Origin: Candidatus Doudnabacteria bacterium
GTDB taxonomy: Bacteria; Patescibacteriota; Doudnabacteria; UBA920
Reading direction: 5' to 3'
DNA: 64,000 nt
Assembly (NCBI GenBank): GCA_031291995.1
Contig: JARLHZ010000034.1
Span: 78,915 to 142,914 of the forward strand
In this document: one piece after another, positions 37,223-45,393 of the stretch
Layout of the letters: each line of letters begins with the position of its first letter
Position numbering within the stretch: the stretch's first letter is position 1
The notes under the pieces: model-generated
Databases searched by the model: none
What the model was told of the DNA's origin: nothing
The model's input: only the letters and a program-made list of their open reading frames with translations
Program-made: the position numbers and the translations under genes

Positions 37223-38689
37223 ATGAATATTCTTTACTGCCGAAAATCCAGCGAAGCCCAAGACCGGCAAGTGGCTTCCATTGATTCCCAAAAAGATAAT
37301 CTTTTGGAATTAGCCAAACGGAATAATTTAAACATTTCTAAAACCTTTACCGAATCTATGTCCGCCAAACAGCCAGGCCGTCCGCAGTTTGAAAAAATGA
37401 TCAAGCTGGTAGAAGCCAAACCCGGCTCTGTGATACTGGTTTGGAAACTAGACCGGCTTGCTCGTAACCCCGTGGACGAGGGCAAAATTAAATGGCTACT
37501 TCAAAAAAGAATTATCAGCCAAATTATCACACCGGAAAGAATTTATTTGCCAGATGACAACGCTTTAATTTCTGCCGTAGAGTTTGGAATGGCCAATCAG
37601 TATATCCGGGATTTATCAACCAACGTAAAACGAGGCAACAAAACCAAACTGGAAAAAGGCGAATTACCCGGAGCCGCGCCTATTGGCTACTTGGATAATC
37701 TTGCTACCAAGAAAAAAGAAATTGACCCAATAAAATCCGTTTTTATTAAACAAGCCTTTGAGCTTTATGCTACTGGCGGCTACAGCCTCAAGGATGTAAA
37801 CAATATTACTTACCAAAATGGCTTTAGGACAAAGGGCGGACTTAAACCAAGTAAAGCCCAGTTTCATCACATTTTACAAAACCCATTTTACTATGGCGCT
37901 ATCCGCCGCAATGGCCAACTTTACCAAGGCATACATCAGCCGATTATCAGCAAAGTTTTATTTGATACTGTCCAAGATGTATTGTCCGGCAAATCACGCT
38001 CCAAAAAACAAAAACATTTTTTTCCAGCTCGTGGTTTTATGTTCTGCCATTCCTGCGGTTGTCTGCTTACTGCCTCCACAAAGAAAGGCCACGCTTATTA
38101 TTACTGCACCAATGGCAAGGGAAATTGTTTGGAACACAAAAAATATTTAAGGGACAAGGCCATTGACGGACTTATAGCCAATACCTTTCAGGAACTTAAA
38201 TTTGATGAACACGATATTGAAATTGCCTATCGTGCCGCAAGAGAAAAAACTATCGCCCAAGCCGGAAACTTAAATGGACAAAAAGACGAACTGGCTAAAA
38301 AGCTAAAATCTACACAAGAGCAGTTAGCAAATCTCATTAAGGTAATTTCTACTGACCCCAGTATGACAAATGCCCTAAAGCCCCAAATTTTAAACCTAGA
38401 GGCCGAAGCAAAAAACATTCAAGGGCAGATTTCTAACCACAAACCCCAAACACTTGATGAGGCCTTAGCTACTTTGGAACAAACAAAAAAGACCTTTTTA
38501 CAGGCCTCGGTAGCGTCTTTTGAGTATTTAGAATCTACTGATGATGAAAAGTTTGAACTTCTGAAAAAATTACTTTGGAACCTGAAACTTAAAAATCAGA
38601 TTGTCCAACAATACCAATTCAAATCTCCATTTTCTCTGCTCGCAGAAAGTCCGAAAAATCTTGTTTTAAACGATTGGCTGGGGTGCTAG
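37223..38689 (+). CDS. Large serine recombinase overlapping the tRNA-Gln 3' end
   Basis: YCRKSSE, DRLARN, HQPII, CHSCG, YYYC and a coiled coil; the last codons WLGC* are antisense to the tRNA. Confidence 0.92.
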   Translation: MNILYCRKSSEAQDRQVASIDSQKDNLLELAKRNNLNISKTFTESMSAKQPGRPQFEKMIKLVEAKPGSVILVWKLDRLARNPVDEGKIKWLLQKRIISQIITPERIYLPDDNALISAVEFGMANQYIRDLSTNVKRGNKTKLEKGELPGAAPIGYLDNLATKKKEIDPIKSVFIKQAFELYATGGYSLKDVNNITYQNGFRTKGGLKPSKAQFHHILQNPFYYGAIRRNGQLYQGIHQPIISKVLFDTVQDVLSGKSRSKKQKHFFPARGFMFCHSCGCLLTASTKKGHAYYYCTNGKGNCLEHKKYLRDKAIDGLIANTFQELKFDEHDIEIAYRAAREKTIAQAGNLNGQKDELAKKLKSTQEQLANLIKVISTDPSMTNALKPQILNLEAEAKNIQGQISNHKPQTLDEALATLEQTKKTFLQASVASFEYLESTDDEKFELLKKLLWNLKLKNQIVQQYQFKSPFSLLAESPKNLVLNDWLGC

Positions 38690-38749
38690 GATTCGAACCT
38701 AGGAATGAGCGGTTCAGAGCCGCTTGCCTTACCGCTTGGCTACACCCCA
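38675..38749 (-). tRNA. tRNA-Gln(CTG) with encoded CCA
   Basis: TGGGGTG-TAGCCAAGCGGTAAGGCA-AGCGG-CTCTGAA-CCGCT-CATT-CCTAGGTTCGAATCCTAG-CACCCCA-GCCA. Confidence 0.97.
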
Positions 38750-38816
38750 ATATTCAGGCAACTGATATATTATAAAATAATTCCAATAAAAAGAAAAGGG
38801 CACTATTTGGCCTTGA

Positions 38817-39179
38817 ATATACAAAGCATCTGATTGTCGTGAACAAATTCAAACTACTTCAGATAGTTTTGACGCACAAATACACAGTTATACCTGCGCG
38901 GGCTCCGTTTGTAGCCGAGTTGAGTTAGATGGCCAAGGAAAATGTACTAAAGCTTATACATATTTTTTACAAAATTCAACACAGTACCAATCTAGCAACC
39001 AGCCAGTTCAACAGACCCCTAACGATGGGTCTTCTGATGATTCTACTCCTGCTTGGGTAGGGTGGACTATGCTTGCTATTATTTTTATAGCTGGCTATTG
39101 GGCGGTAAAAGAACGTGCAAAGATGATGAAAAAGAAAAACCTAGTTCACACATCTACCGCTCTTACGGATAAAAAATAG
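38817..39179 (+). pseudogene. 5'-truncated gene for a Cys-containing, C-terminally anchored protein
   Basis: 121-codon open frame with no standard start at its 5' end: four Cys, S/Q/P linker, TM AWVGWTMLAIIFIAGYWAV, basic tail. Confidence 0.5.
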
Positions 39180-39348
39180 GTTTCCACTTCGTCGAATAAG
39201 GCCAGCCAAGAAAAATCACTTATGTTGGCGGATTTTTTTTGTTTTTTGTGGTCCAAAATTTTTGCGTTAGTTCTACACTTTATTTTTTTTGCCAAAAAAA
39301 TCCCCGAAGCCAAATTGCATGCTTCGGGGTTGCGACGGTAATGATTAA

Positions 39349-39630
39349 TTATTCCGTCTTGATTTTGAGTCTGGTCAGAAATCTTTTGTCGTCACCCTTT
39401 ATGGTTAGGGCGAACTGTTCTTGGGTCTGCTTGTCCTTTGCGTCTCTCGCATAGGTACCGAGTGTTTCCAGCGGGATTTCGAAATCTCTCTGTTGGTTGC
39501 AGCGGTCACACCACGTTTCAACACCGAGCTGAAACTCGCTGCTGACATAAATACGCTTTATCCGAGGTGCTTGCTTGCAGTGTAGACATTTCAACTCAAT
39601 GCCCACAAGATAGGGCTGTGTTGGTTGCAT
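39349..39630 (-). CDS. Small zinc-ribbon protein
   Basis: CLHC...CDRC; terminator hairpin at about 39299-39330. Confidence 0.65.
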   Translation of the reverse strand: MQPTQPYLVGIELKCLHCKQAPRIKRIYVSSEFQLGVETWCDRCNQQRDFEIPLETLGTYARDAKDKQTQEQFALTIKGDDKRFLTRLKIKTE

Positions 39631-39948
39631 GGTGTATGTTCATCCGTGCAATTGCCCAAAATCGCTGCAGGTCGCCGTTAGTATTGTTCTGAGTTTCATA
39701 TGTCCTTCCCTAAGGTTGTCGTTGTGCCTACTTAGGCATAGCTAAAATAACAGAAAGTAATTATCATGTATGTAAAGTTGCAGGGCCTTGAATAACAAAG
39801 AGCCAGGAGCTATTTACAAGTAGCTTACTCCGCGATATGCGGGGGAATATGGCTTGGCCCGAATTTAAGATGGGAAATTATTACGCGGCTTGTACTTGTA
39901 CTTGCAAGAAGGCGGGTTTTGCAATATAATCGACGCAAAGGAGGTCGT

Positions 39949-40152
39949 ATGCCGATGCACGGCGGCTTCATACCGAAAGAAGCGAGCGAGGAACAACAGA
40001 ATGGAATGGTCATGATTGACCAGATTCATTTTCTCATAGAGCATTATGAGAAATGCAATCGCAAGGGGTCTCCCGATTGCGATGCCTGCCAAAGATATCT
40101 GAAAGTTCAAACTGAGCTGTTGCGGCCCTTTGCCATGGGGCGAGGGGCGTAG
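39949..40152 (+). CDS. Small His/Cys protein
   Basis: Promoter TTGCAA-17 nt-TATAAT, SD AAGGAGGT, H..KC...CDAC motif. Confidence 0.65.
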   Translation: MPMHGGFIPKEASEEQQNGMVMIDQIHFLIEHYEKCNRKGSPDCDACQRYLKVQTELLRPFAMGRGA

Positions 40153-40277
40153 TGCATTACAAAAAGTGATTCGGCGGCGGGAATGCGCACGCGCGTTTTT
40201 ATACATGATCTACCCGCCGCCGATCATGTTTTTACAAAAATTAGACGGTATTTATTGCCACCTAAAATTAAAATCTA

Positions 40278-40394
40278 CCGCCACGAAACTTCCTGTGGCG
40301 GGCTCCTTAGAGCTTCGTGGAGCTTCCGGTTGATAGGCTTTCCAATCTAAGGCGCTTGCTTGCCTTAAAAGCTAACAACCATAGGAGCCCGCCA
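40278..40394. ncRNA. Unclassified structured element with mutually exclusive stems
   Basis: 12-bp IR at 40296-40307/40383-40394 enclosing two hairpins; competing hairpin at 40278-40301. Confidence 0.5.
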
Positions 40395-40634
40395 TGCCTG
40401 AACCGTTTCCCCTGAATAACGATTACTTCATTGCACCTCCTAATTTAACCATACTCCATTATTTGCGATGGTAAATGTTTTTAGCCGGGGATTGCTCCGT
40501 TGTTAACTTGTCTTATAATCTGCCCTTTAATATAAGATAATTTCAGAGAGCGGGAGCGGCTTGTGACAACGTTTTTGCCGTCGCGCTGGGATTAATTTCC
40601 GTTTGTGCTATGATTATGGTAAAGAGGGGGTTTT

Positions 40635-41375
40635 ATGCAAACCCAAACGGTCATTGAACAATTGGGATATTCAAAAAGCCAGGCCAAGATTTATCTGGCA
40701 TCTTTAAGGCTGGGCGAAGCCATAGTTTCCGAGATTGCCGAGCGTGTTGCCATGCCGCGAACCACCGTGGAAGAATTGATACTGGGTATGAATAAACAGG
40801 GGCTGATGAATTATTACGTCAAGCGAGGCAGAAAATACTGGGTGGCGGAAAAACCCGGCCGGCTCCTGGAGATTTTAAAAGGACGGGAAAGCGCCTTTGT
40901 GGAAATTCTGCCACAGCTCGAACAGCTGGGCAAAAAAAATGGTAACAAACCCTCGGTCCACTATTATTCCGGCTTTGAGGAAATAAAAAATATTTTTGAC
41001 GACATTATAGAAACCAAGCACCATGTTAAAGCCCTGCTTTGCTGGGAAGACCTGCAGGAAAATATGGGGCGGCAATTTATGTCCGATTTTGCCGAACGGC
41101 GGTGCAAACATTTTTTAAAAATTCAGGTAATTTCCCCAAACACCCGGGCGGCGGCCGCCATGAAAGCCAGGGACACGGAGGAATCGCGGCAGACCCGCTT
41201 CTTACCGGCGGACGTCCCTCTCCAAAACATCTCGAATTTTATTTACGGGGCTAAAGTGGCGATTATTTCCTTTAATCGCAGGAAAAGCACCGGCGTGGTT
41301 ATAGAAGATCCGGTTGTCGCCCGCGCGCAAACAATTTACTTTGATAATTTGTGGCAGCATAGCGGCATTAACTAA
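40635..41375 (+). CDS. TrmB-family transcriptional regulator
   Basis: LG.S..QAKIYLA.L.LG HTH start, effector-like C-domain (IYGAKVAIISF, FD.LW). Confidence 0.88.
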   Translation: MQTQTVIEQLGYSKSQAKIYLASLRLGEAIVSEIAERVAMPRTTVEELILGMNKQGLMNYYVKRGRKYWVAEKPGRLLEILKGRESAFVEILPQLEQLGKKNGNKPSVHYYSGFEEIKNIFDDIIETKHHVKALLCWEDLQENMGRQFMSDFAERRCKHFLKIQVISPNTRAAAAMKARDTEESRQTRFLPADVPLQNISNFIYGAKVAIISFNRRKSTGVVIEDPVVARAQTIYFDNLWQHSGIN

Positions 41376-41421
41376 TTTGTGAACACGACGCGAAGCGCAA
41401 AATTTAAAAATTCGTTTACCA

Positions 41422-41448
41422 CGGCGACAATTTTGTCGCCGTTTTTTT
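41422..41448 (+). terminator. Palindrome: terminator or operator
   Basis: CGGCGACAA-TT-TTGTCGCCG followed by a T tract. Confidence 0.6.
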
Positions 41449-41651
41449 GTCGGCAATCGGTATAAAAATTATCGGGAAAAAATTCGGGCGTATTTAAGGG
41501 ACGGTTTTCGATTAAAATCGCGGAAAATTATAATCGAAATCAGCCGTACTTTTAACGCAAAATCTTGCCAAATAGCCGCTAAGGTTAATAATTAAAGAGC
41601 CAAGAATAATTTTTATATTCGTTAGCCGCCGGAAAAAGGAGGTGGTAAAAT

Positions 41652-42086
41652 ATGCAATTTAATCACGCAGTTTCCAACAAAGTTTCTTCACAAGCATTTG
41701 TCCGCGCGTGGCCGACATTGCCCGCGGGGGAAATTGACATTGTGGAATCGGAAATAGAGCCTCTACCGGGAACTTCAATGTCCGAAGACGGGGGATATCT
41801 TTATATTGAAGCAGCGTTGCCGGGCGTTGACCCCGAAAATATTGAAGTGACATTTGACCAGGACGAAGACGTTGTTTGGATTAGCGGTAAAAGAGCGGAA
41901 CTGGGAAATGAAAACAGAAAATATTATTATAAAACTTTGGGAAGTTTTTCCTACCGCGTCGCCATACCGGAAGCGGTGGTAAAATCGGCCGACACCCGCG
42001 CGATCTGCAAAAACGGCCTGCTTACGGTTTCCCTAACCAGGCTGCCCCGCTTGCTGCCGAGAAAATTGGAGGTGGCGAGCGCGTAA
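41652..42086 (+). CDS. Hsp20/alpha-crystallin family protein
   Basis: EAALPGVDPENIEVT, FSYRVAIP and KNGLLTV. Confidence 0.85.
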   Translation: MQFNHAVSNKVSSQAFVRAWPTLPAGEIDIVESEIEPLPGTSMSEDGGYLYIEAALPGVDPENIEVTFDQDEDVVWISGKRAELGNENRKYYYKTLGSFSYRVAIPEAVVKSADTRAICKNGLLTVSLTRLPRLLPRKLEVASA

Positions 42087-42154
42087 TCTACAGAAAAGTT
42101 TTATCCGCCCGCGCCGCCAAAATTTTTAAGGCAAATTAGGGGAGGTGAACGCTT

Positions 42155-42280
42155 ATGAGCAGAACTTACAAATGGCGGGCGCACAAACCACGCCGCAAAG
42201 CCAGGCAGACAAAATCCGTCCGACCCAAACCGATTTTGCGGGCGGCCGCAATTGTCCCATCCTGGTTAAACAACGAATAA
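42155..42280 (+). CDS. 41-aa basic small protein
   Basis: SD GGAGGTGA then MSRTYKWRAHKPRRKARQTKSVRPKPILRAAAIVPSWLNNE*. Confidence 0.55.
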   Translation: MSRTYKWRAHKPRRKARQTKSVRPKPILRAAAIVPSWLNNE

Positions 42281-42368
42281 TTTAAACTATAATATTTTGG
42301 ATGTGTAAAAGGGTAAAGCTACGCCCTTAGAGACAAAGGCCGAATCATTAAATGAAAGGAATATAATT

Positions 42369-42785
42369 ATGGATGATATTTTTATGGAAAATACGGAAGA
42401 TGACGAGACGAGCCAATTTTCCTGGGTTAAAGCCCTATTTTTTGGCTTGCTGACTTGGTGCACTATGTTTATACTCGGGGCGCTTGTGGTAACCGCGCAG
42501 CTGGGTTTGGGGGCTTGGATTATGCTTATTCTGGCGGCCATTGCCGGGCTAGTCAGTTTTGGCTTCGCGACAATCGCGACTCCGGAAAGCGTCGGCCAGG
42601 CAATTGGCTATGGCGCGGTATTCGCGGCTTTTGGCCTGATCCTGGACGTCTTAATCAGCCGGCATTTACAGCCCGGACTTTATGCTGTTTGGACTTACTG
42701 GCTGGCATATGCGCTGGTTTTGTTGTCCCCAATAACCGCTGTCAGCGGACATCATCACCGAACGACCATCCAGCCGCAGTCGTAA
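42369..42785 (+). CDS. Four-TM membrane protein
   Basis: SD AAAGGA; four hydrophobic segments. Confidence 0.75.
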   Translation: MDDIFMENTEDDETSQFSWVKALFFGLLTWCTMFILGALVVTAQLGLGAWIMLILAAIAGLVSFGFATIATPESVGQAIGYGAVFAAFGLILDVLISRHLQPGLYAVWTYWLAYALVLLSPITAVSGHHHRTTIQPQS

Positions 42786-42847
42786 GCAGTCTTGAAAATT
42801 TAAGGGCGTAGCTAAAAAAACTTAAATGCGAATCTAAATTTAAATAT

Positions 42848-43474
42848 ATGAACGCGTTGGAAATTCCCAATTTACGAGAGTACACCATACACAAAAGCGT
42901 GGTAGTCCTTCTGTTTAAGGGCGGCTTTGCCTGGCTGCTTTTGGTTTTAACAAGTTACGGTTTTAACCGATTGCAGGATTTATCGAGTCTGGCCGGCAGG
43001 GCTTCAATATCCGGTGACGCGCCGTCGATATTCCAGTTGATTTTACATATCCTGTATGGTTGGCTGATTCTTTATGTAATTCTGTCGTGGTTTTTCGAAT
43101 ATTATATAGTCAGAAAAGACGCCATAATTATAAAAAAAGGAATTATTTTTACCCGGGAAGACGTGTTCCAGATTGAAGATGTTAAAATTATCGATATCGT
43201 CCAGGGCTTTATGGGAAAATTATTAAAATACGGCACGATGAAAATTTACGCATTCCGATCCCAGCGCTGGGTCTATTTGGAAAATATTGACAACCCTCAT
43301 GCCATAGCCGCATTCATCCATTCTCTGCATCCGGCGCCAATGACCGTCCAGCGTTCGGCCAGAGTTTTAATGCCATCCGGATCCGCGCGGCGCGGCCGCC
43401 AAAGGCTGGTTTACGCGTACGATGACGGTGAAGACGAAATTGGCGGTGTTGCCGATGACGAAGATGAGGATTAA
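42848..43474 (+). CDS. Membrane protein with a bacterial PH (YdbS-like) domain
   Basis: Two TMs, then YIV...I.KKGII...Q....L.YGT..I; acidic tail. Confidence 0.78.
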   Translation: MNALEIPNLREYTIHKSVVVLLFKGGFAWLLLVLTSYGFNRLQDLSSLAGRASISGDAPSIFQLILHILYGWLILYVILSWFFEYYIVRKDAIIIKKGIIFTREDVFQIEDVKIIDIVQGFMGKLLKYGTMKIYAFRSQRWVYLENIDNPHAIAAFIHSLHPAPMTVQRSARVLMPSGSARRGRQRLVYAYDDGEDEIGGVADDEDED

Positions 43475-43579
43475 AAATCAGGGAGCGAGATTATTTGTGA
43501 CATAAATTTGGCGTAGGGGCAAAATTTAAAGATTTGTGTTATACTTTTTAAAGAAGATTTATGTTTCCCTAAGAAACTT

Positions 43580-44152
43580 ATGTGGTATTTTCTTGTAATA
43601 TTAGGTGCAGCTGTCAATTTTTACGGCTGCACTATTTATATCCGTGATATTTTTCGCGGAACCACCAGGCCAAATCTGGTTACTTGGGTACTTTGGGCCC
43701 TGGCGCCGTTAATAGCCGCGGGCGCGGCGTTTTATGCCGGTAATCGTTGGGTGGTTTTGCCGACTTTTATGGTTGGCTTTTGTCCGATCTTGGTCATTAT
43801 TGCCGCGATAATAAAAAAGAACGCAATTTGGCAACCGTCCAATTTTGACTACTTTTGCGGCAGTTTGTCCTTGATGGCTTTGATTTTACTGTTGTTCACT
43901 AAAAATGCGGATCTGGCGATAGTCTTTTCAATCATCAGCGATTTGCTGGCAGGCCTCCCCACGCTAAAAAAGGCCTGGCTGTTTCCGGATACGGAATCGG
44001 GGATAACTTATATTGCAGCCCTGTTTAATATTTTTACTTCTTTTACGGTTTTAAAAATATATAATTTTTCCGAACTCGCTTTCCCGATTTACAGCGTGTT
44101 TTTGAATTTTTCGATGAGTTTTTTTATTTACAGAAAAAAATTCAAATTGTAA
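43580..44152 (+). CDS. Multi-pass membrane protein
   Basis: YIRDIF.G.T.PN..TW..W and PT..KAW..P..E patterns. Confidence 0.78.
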   Translation: MWYFLVILGAAVNFYGCTIYIRDIFRGTTRPNLVTWVLWALAPLIAAGAAFYAGNRWVVLPTFMVGFCPILVIIAAIIKKNAIWQPSNFDYFCGSLSLMALILLLFTKNADLAIVFSIISDLLAGLPTLKKAWLFPDTESGITYIAALFNIFTSFTVLKIYNFSELAFPIYSVFLNFSMSFFIYRKKFKL

Positions 44153-44227
44153 TAATTATCTTATGCGCAATAATTACTATCGGTAGACCACAATTAACCG
44201 CAGGCAATACGCCCGCGGTTTTGTTTG

Positions 44228-44779
44228 TTATACCGCCGGCAGAGTTTCGCGTTCGTAGTAGGTGTAAAGTTTTTTTCGGGCCCGGTATTGGAGGAGCCGG
44301 ACGGCCAGACAGCTTTTGTTTAGGGCTTTGGCCACTTCTTTTATGGGCAGTTCCTTAAAAAATCTTAGTTCCAGGACATGGCGGTGTTTGGGCGGCAAAT
44401 ACTGAATGTTCGCCCGAGCTGTTTCCAAATCCGAATTGGCCAACACGGATTGGAACAGGGAATGACGGTCGGGGATTTCGAAATTTTCATCAATGCCAAT
44501 AATTTCCGGCTGGCGATATTTTTTTCGGAGATGGTCGTTGATGGTGTTGCTGGCTATCTTAAACAGCCAGGCCGTAAAATTTATCGTACCCGGGCGCAGG
44601 GAAGACATTCCTTTGTAGGTTTTAATAAAGACTTCCTGCAATACGTCTTCGGCGTCTTGGCGATTCTGGATTTTTCGCCTAATAAAGGAAAAGGTTCTTT
44701 GCGCGAATCGTTCATATAATTGTTCAAATGCCGTTTCGTTGCCATTTTTGGCCAAAACGGCGAGGTCGTTGGTTTCCAT
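44228..44779 (-). CDS. ECF RNA polymerase sigma factor
   Basis: AFEQLY, DAEDVLQEVF, F.AWLF.IA.N...D..R and a region 4 HTH; no sigma3 region. Confidence 0.92.
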   Translation of the reverse strand: METNDLAVLAKNGNETAFEQLYERFAQRTFSFIRRKIQNRQDAEDVLQEVFIKTYKGMSSLRPGTINFTAWLFKIASNTINDHLRKKYRQPEIIGIDENFEIPDRHSLFQSVLANSDLETARANIQYLPPKHRHVLELRFFKELPIKEVAKALNKSCLAVRLLQYRARKKLYTYYERETLPAV

Positions 44780-44789
44780 ATAATTTGTT

Positions 44790-45200
44790 TTAATTATTTG
44801 CGGTAGGGGAGAATGAGGACAGTTTGAGTTTATTCCTTACGTCACTTATTACTTGTTCAAAACTCCAGTGGTTATCCATATAATAGTTTTCCTGAGGAGG
44901 ATCAATTTCCTCGTGATCCTCCAGCTCCGATCCTATCCAGCCGCTCAGGAACATAACGGGGGTACTTTCCACATGCTTATTCTCCCGGATTTTTTTTATT
45001 AAGGTAAAGCCATCGGCATTGGACAGAACCAGATCCACCAGCAACAAATCGGGCCGGAATTTTAAAACTAAATTTAGGGCGCTGTCCGCGTCATTTGCGG
45101 CTAAGACGTTCAGCCCCTCCCTGCGAAAAGCTTCGACCCAGGCTTTTAACAGGGATTTCTCGTCCTCAACGACTAATATGGTAGGTAAGTTTTTTTGCAT
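44790..45200 (-). CDS. Single-domain response regulator (atypical receiver)
   Basis: ILVVEDE, PDLLLVD, DG and FLS; the conserved Lys is not evident. Confidence 0.85.
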   Translation of the reverse strand: MQKNLPTILVVEDEKSLLKAWVEAFRREGLNVLAANDADSALNLVLKFRPDLLLVDLVLSNADGFTLIKKIRENKHVESTPVMFLSGWIGSELEDHEEIDPPQENYYMDNHWSFEQVISDVRNKLKLSSFSPTANN

Positions 45201-45225
45201 ACGTTTTTTTCGATAATGTTTAAAA

Positions 45226-45325
45226 ATAAAAACCGCACAATTTTTTATTGTCCGGTTTCGCCACTGGCCTATCCGTGATTATAAGGCGACCAAATAATAA
45301 ATCACGGGTTACTGGCTTACACTTA
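45226..45325 (-). ncRNA. c-di-GMP-II-like riboswitch, copy 1, with overlapping terminator
   Basis: Stem CCGTGATT/AATCACGG, loop TGGTCGCC pairing with TGGCGAAACC (pseudoknot); terminator AAACCG-ACAAT/ATTGT-CGGTTT. Confidence 0.7.
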
Positions 45326-45393
45326 CTGGGACTTGGGCGTTTTGTCAAATTGTTTAATTTAGACGAAACGTTTAAGTCCTAAAATATAAAATT

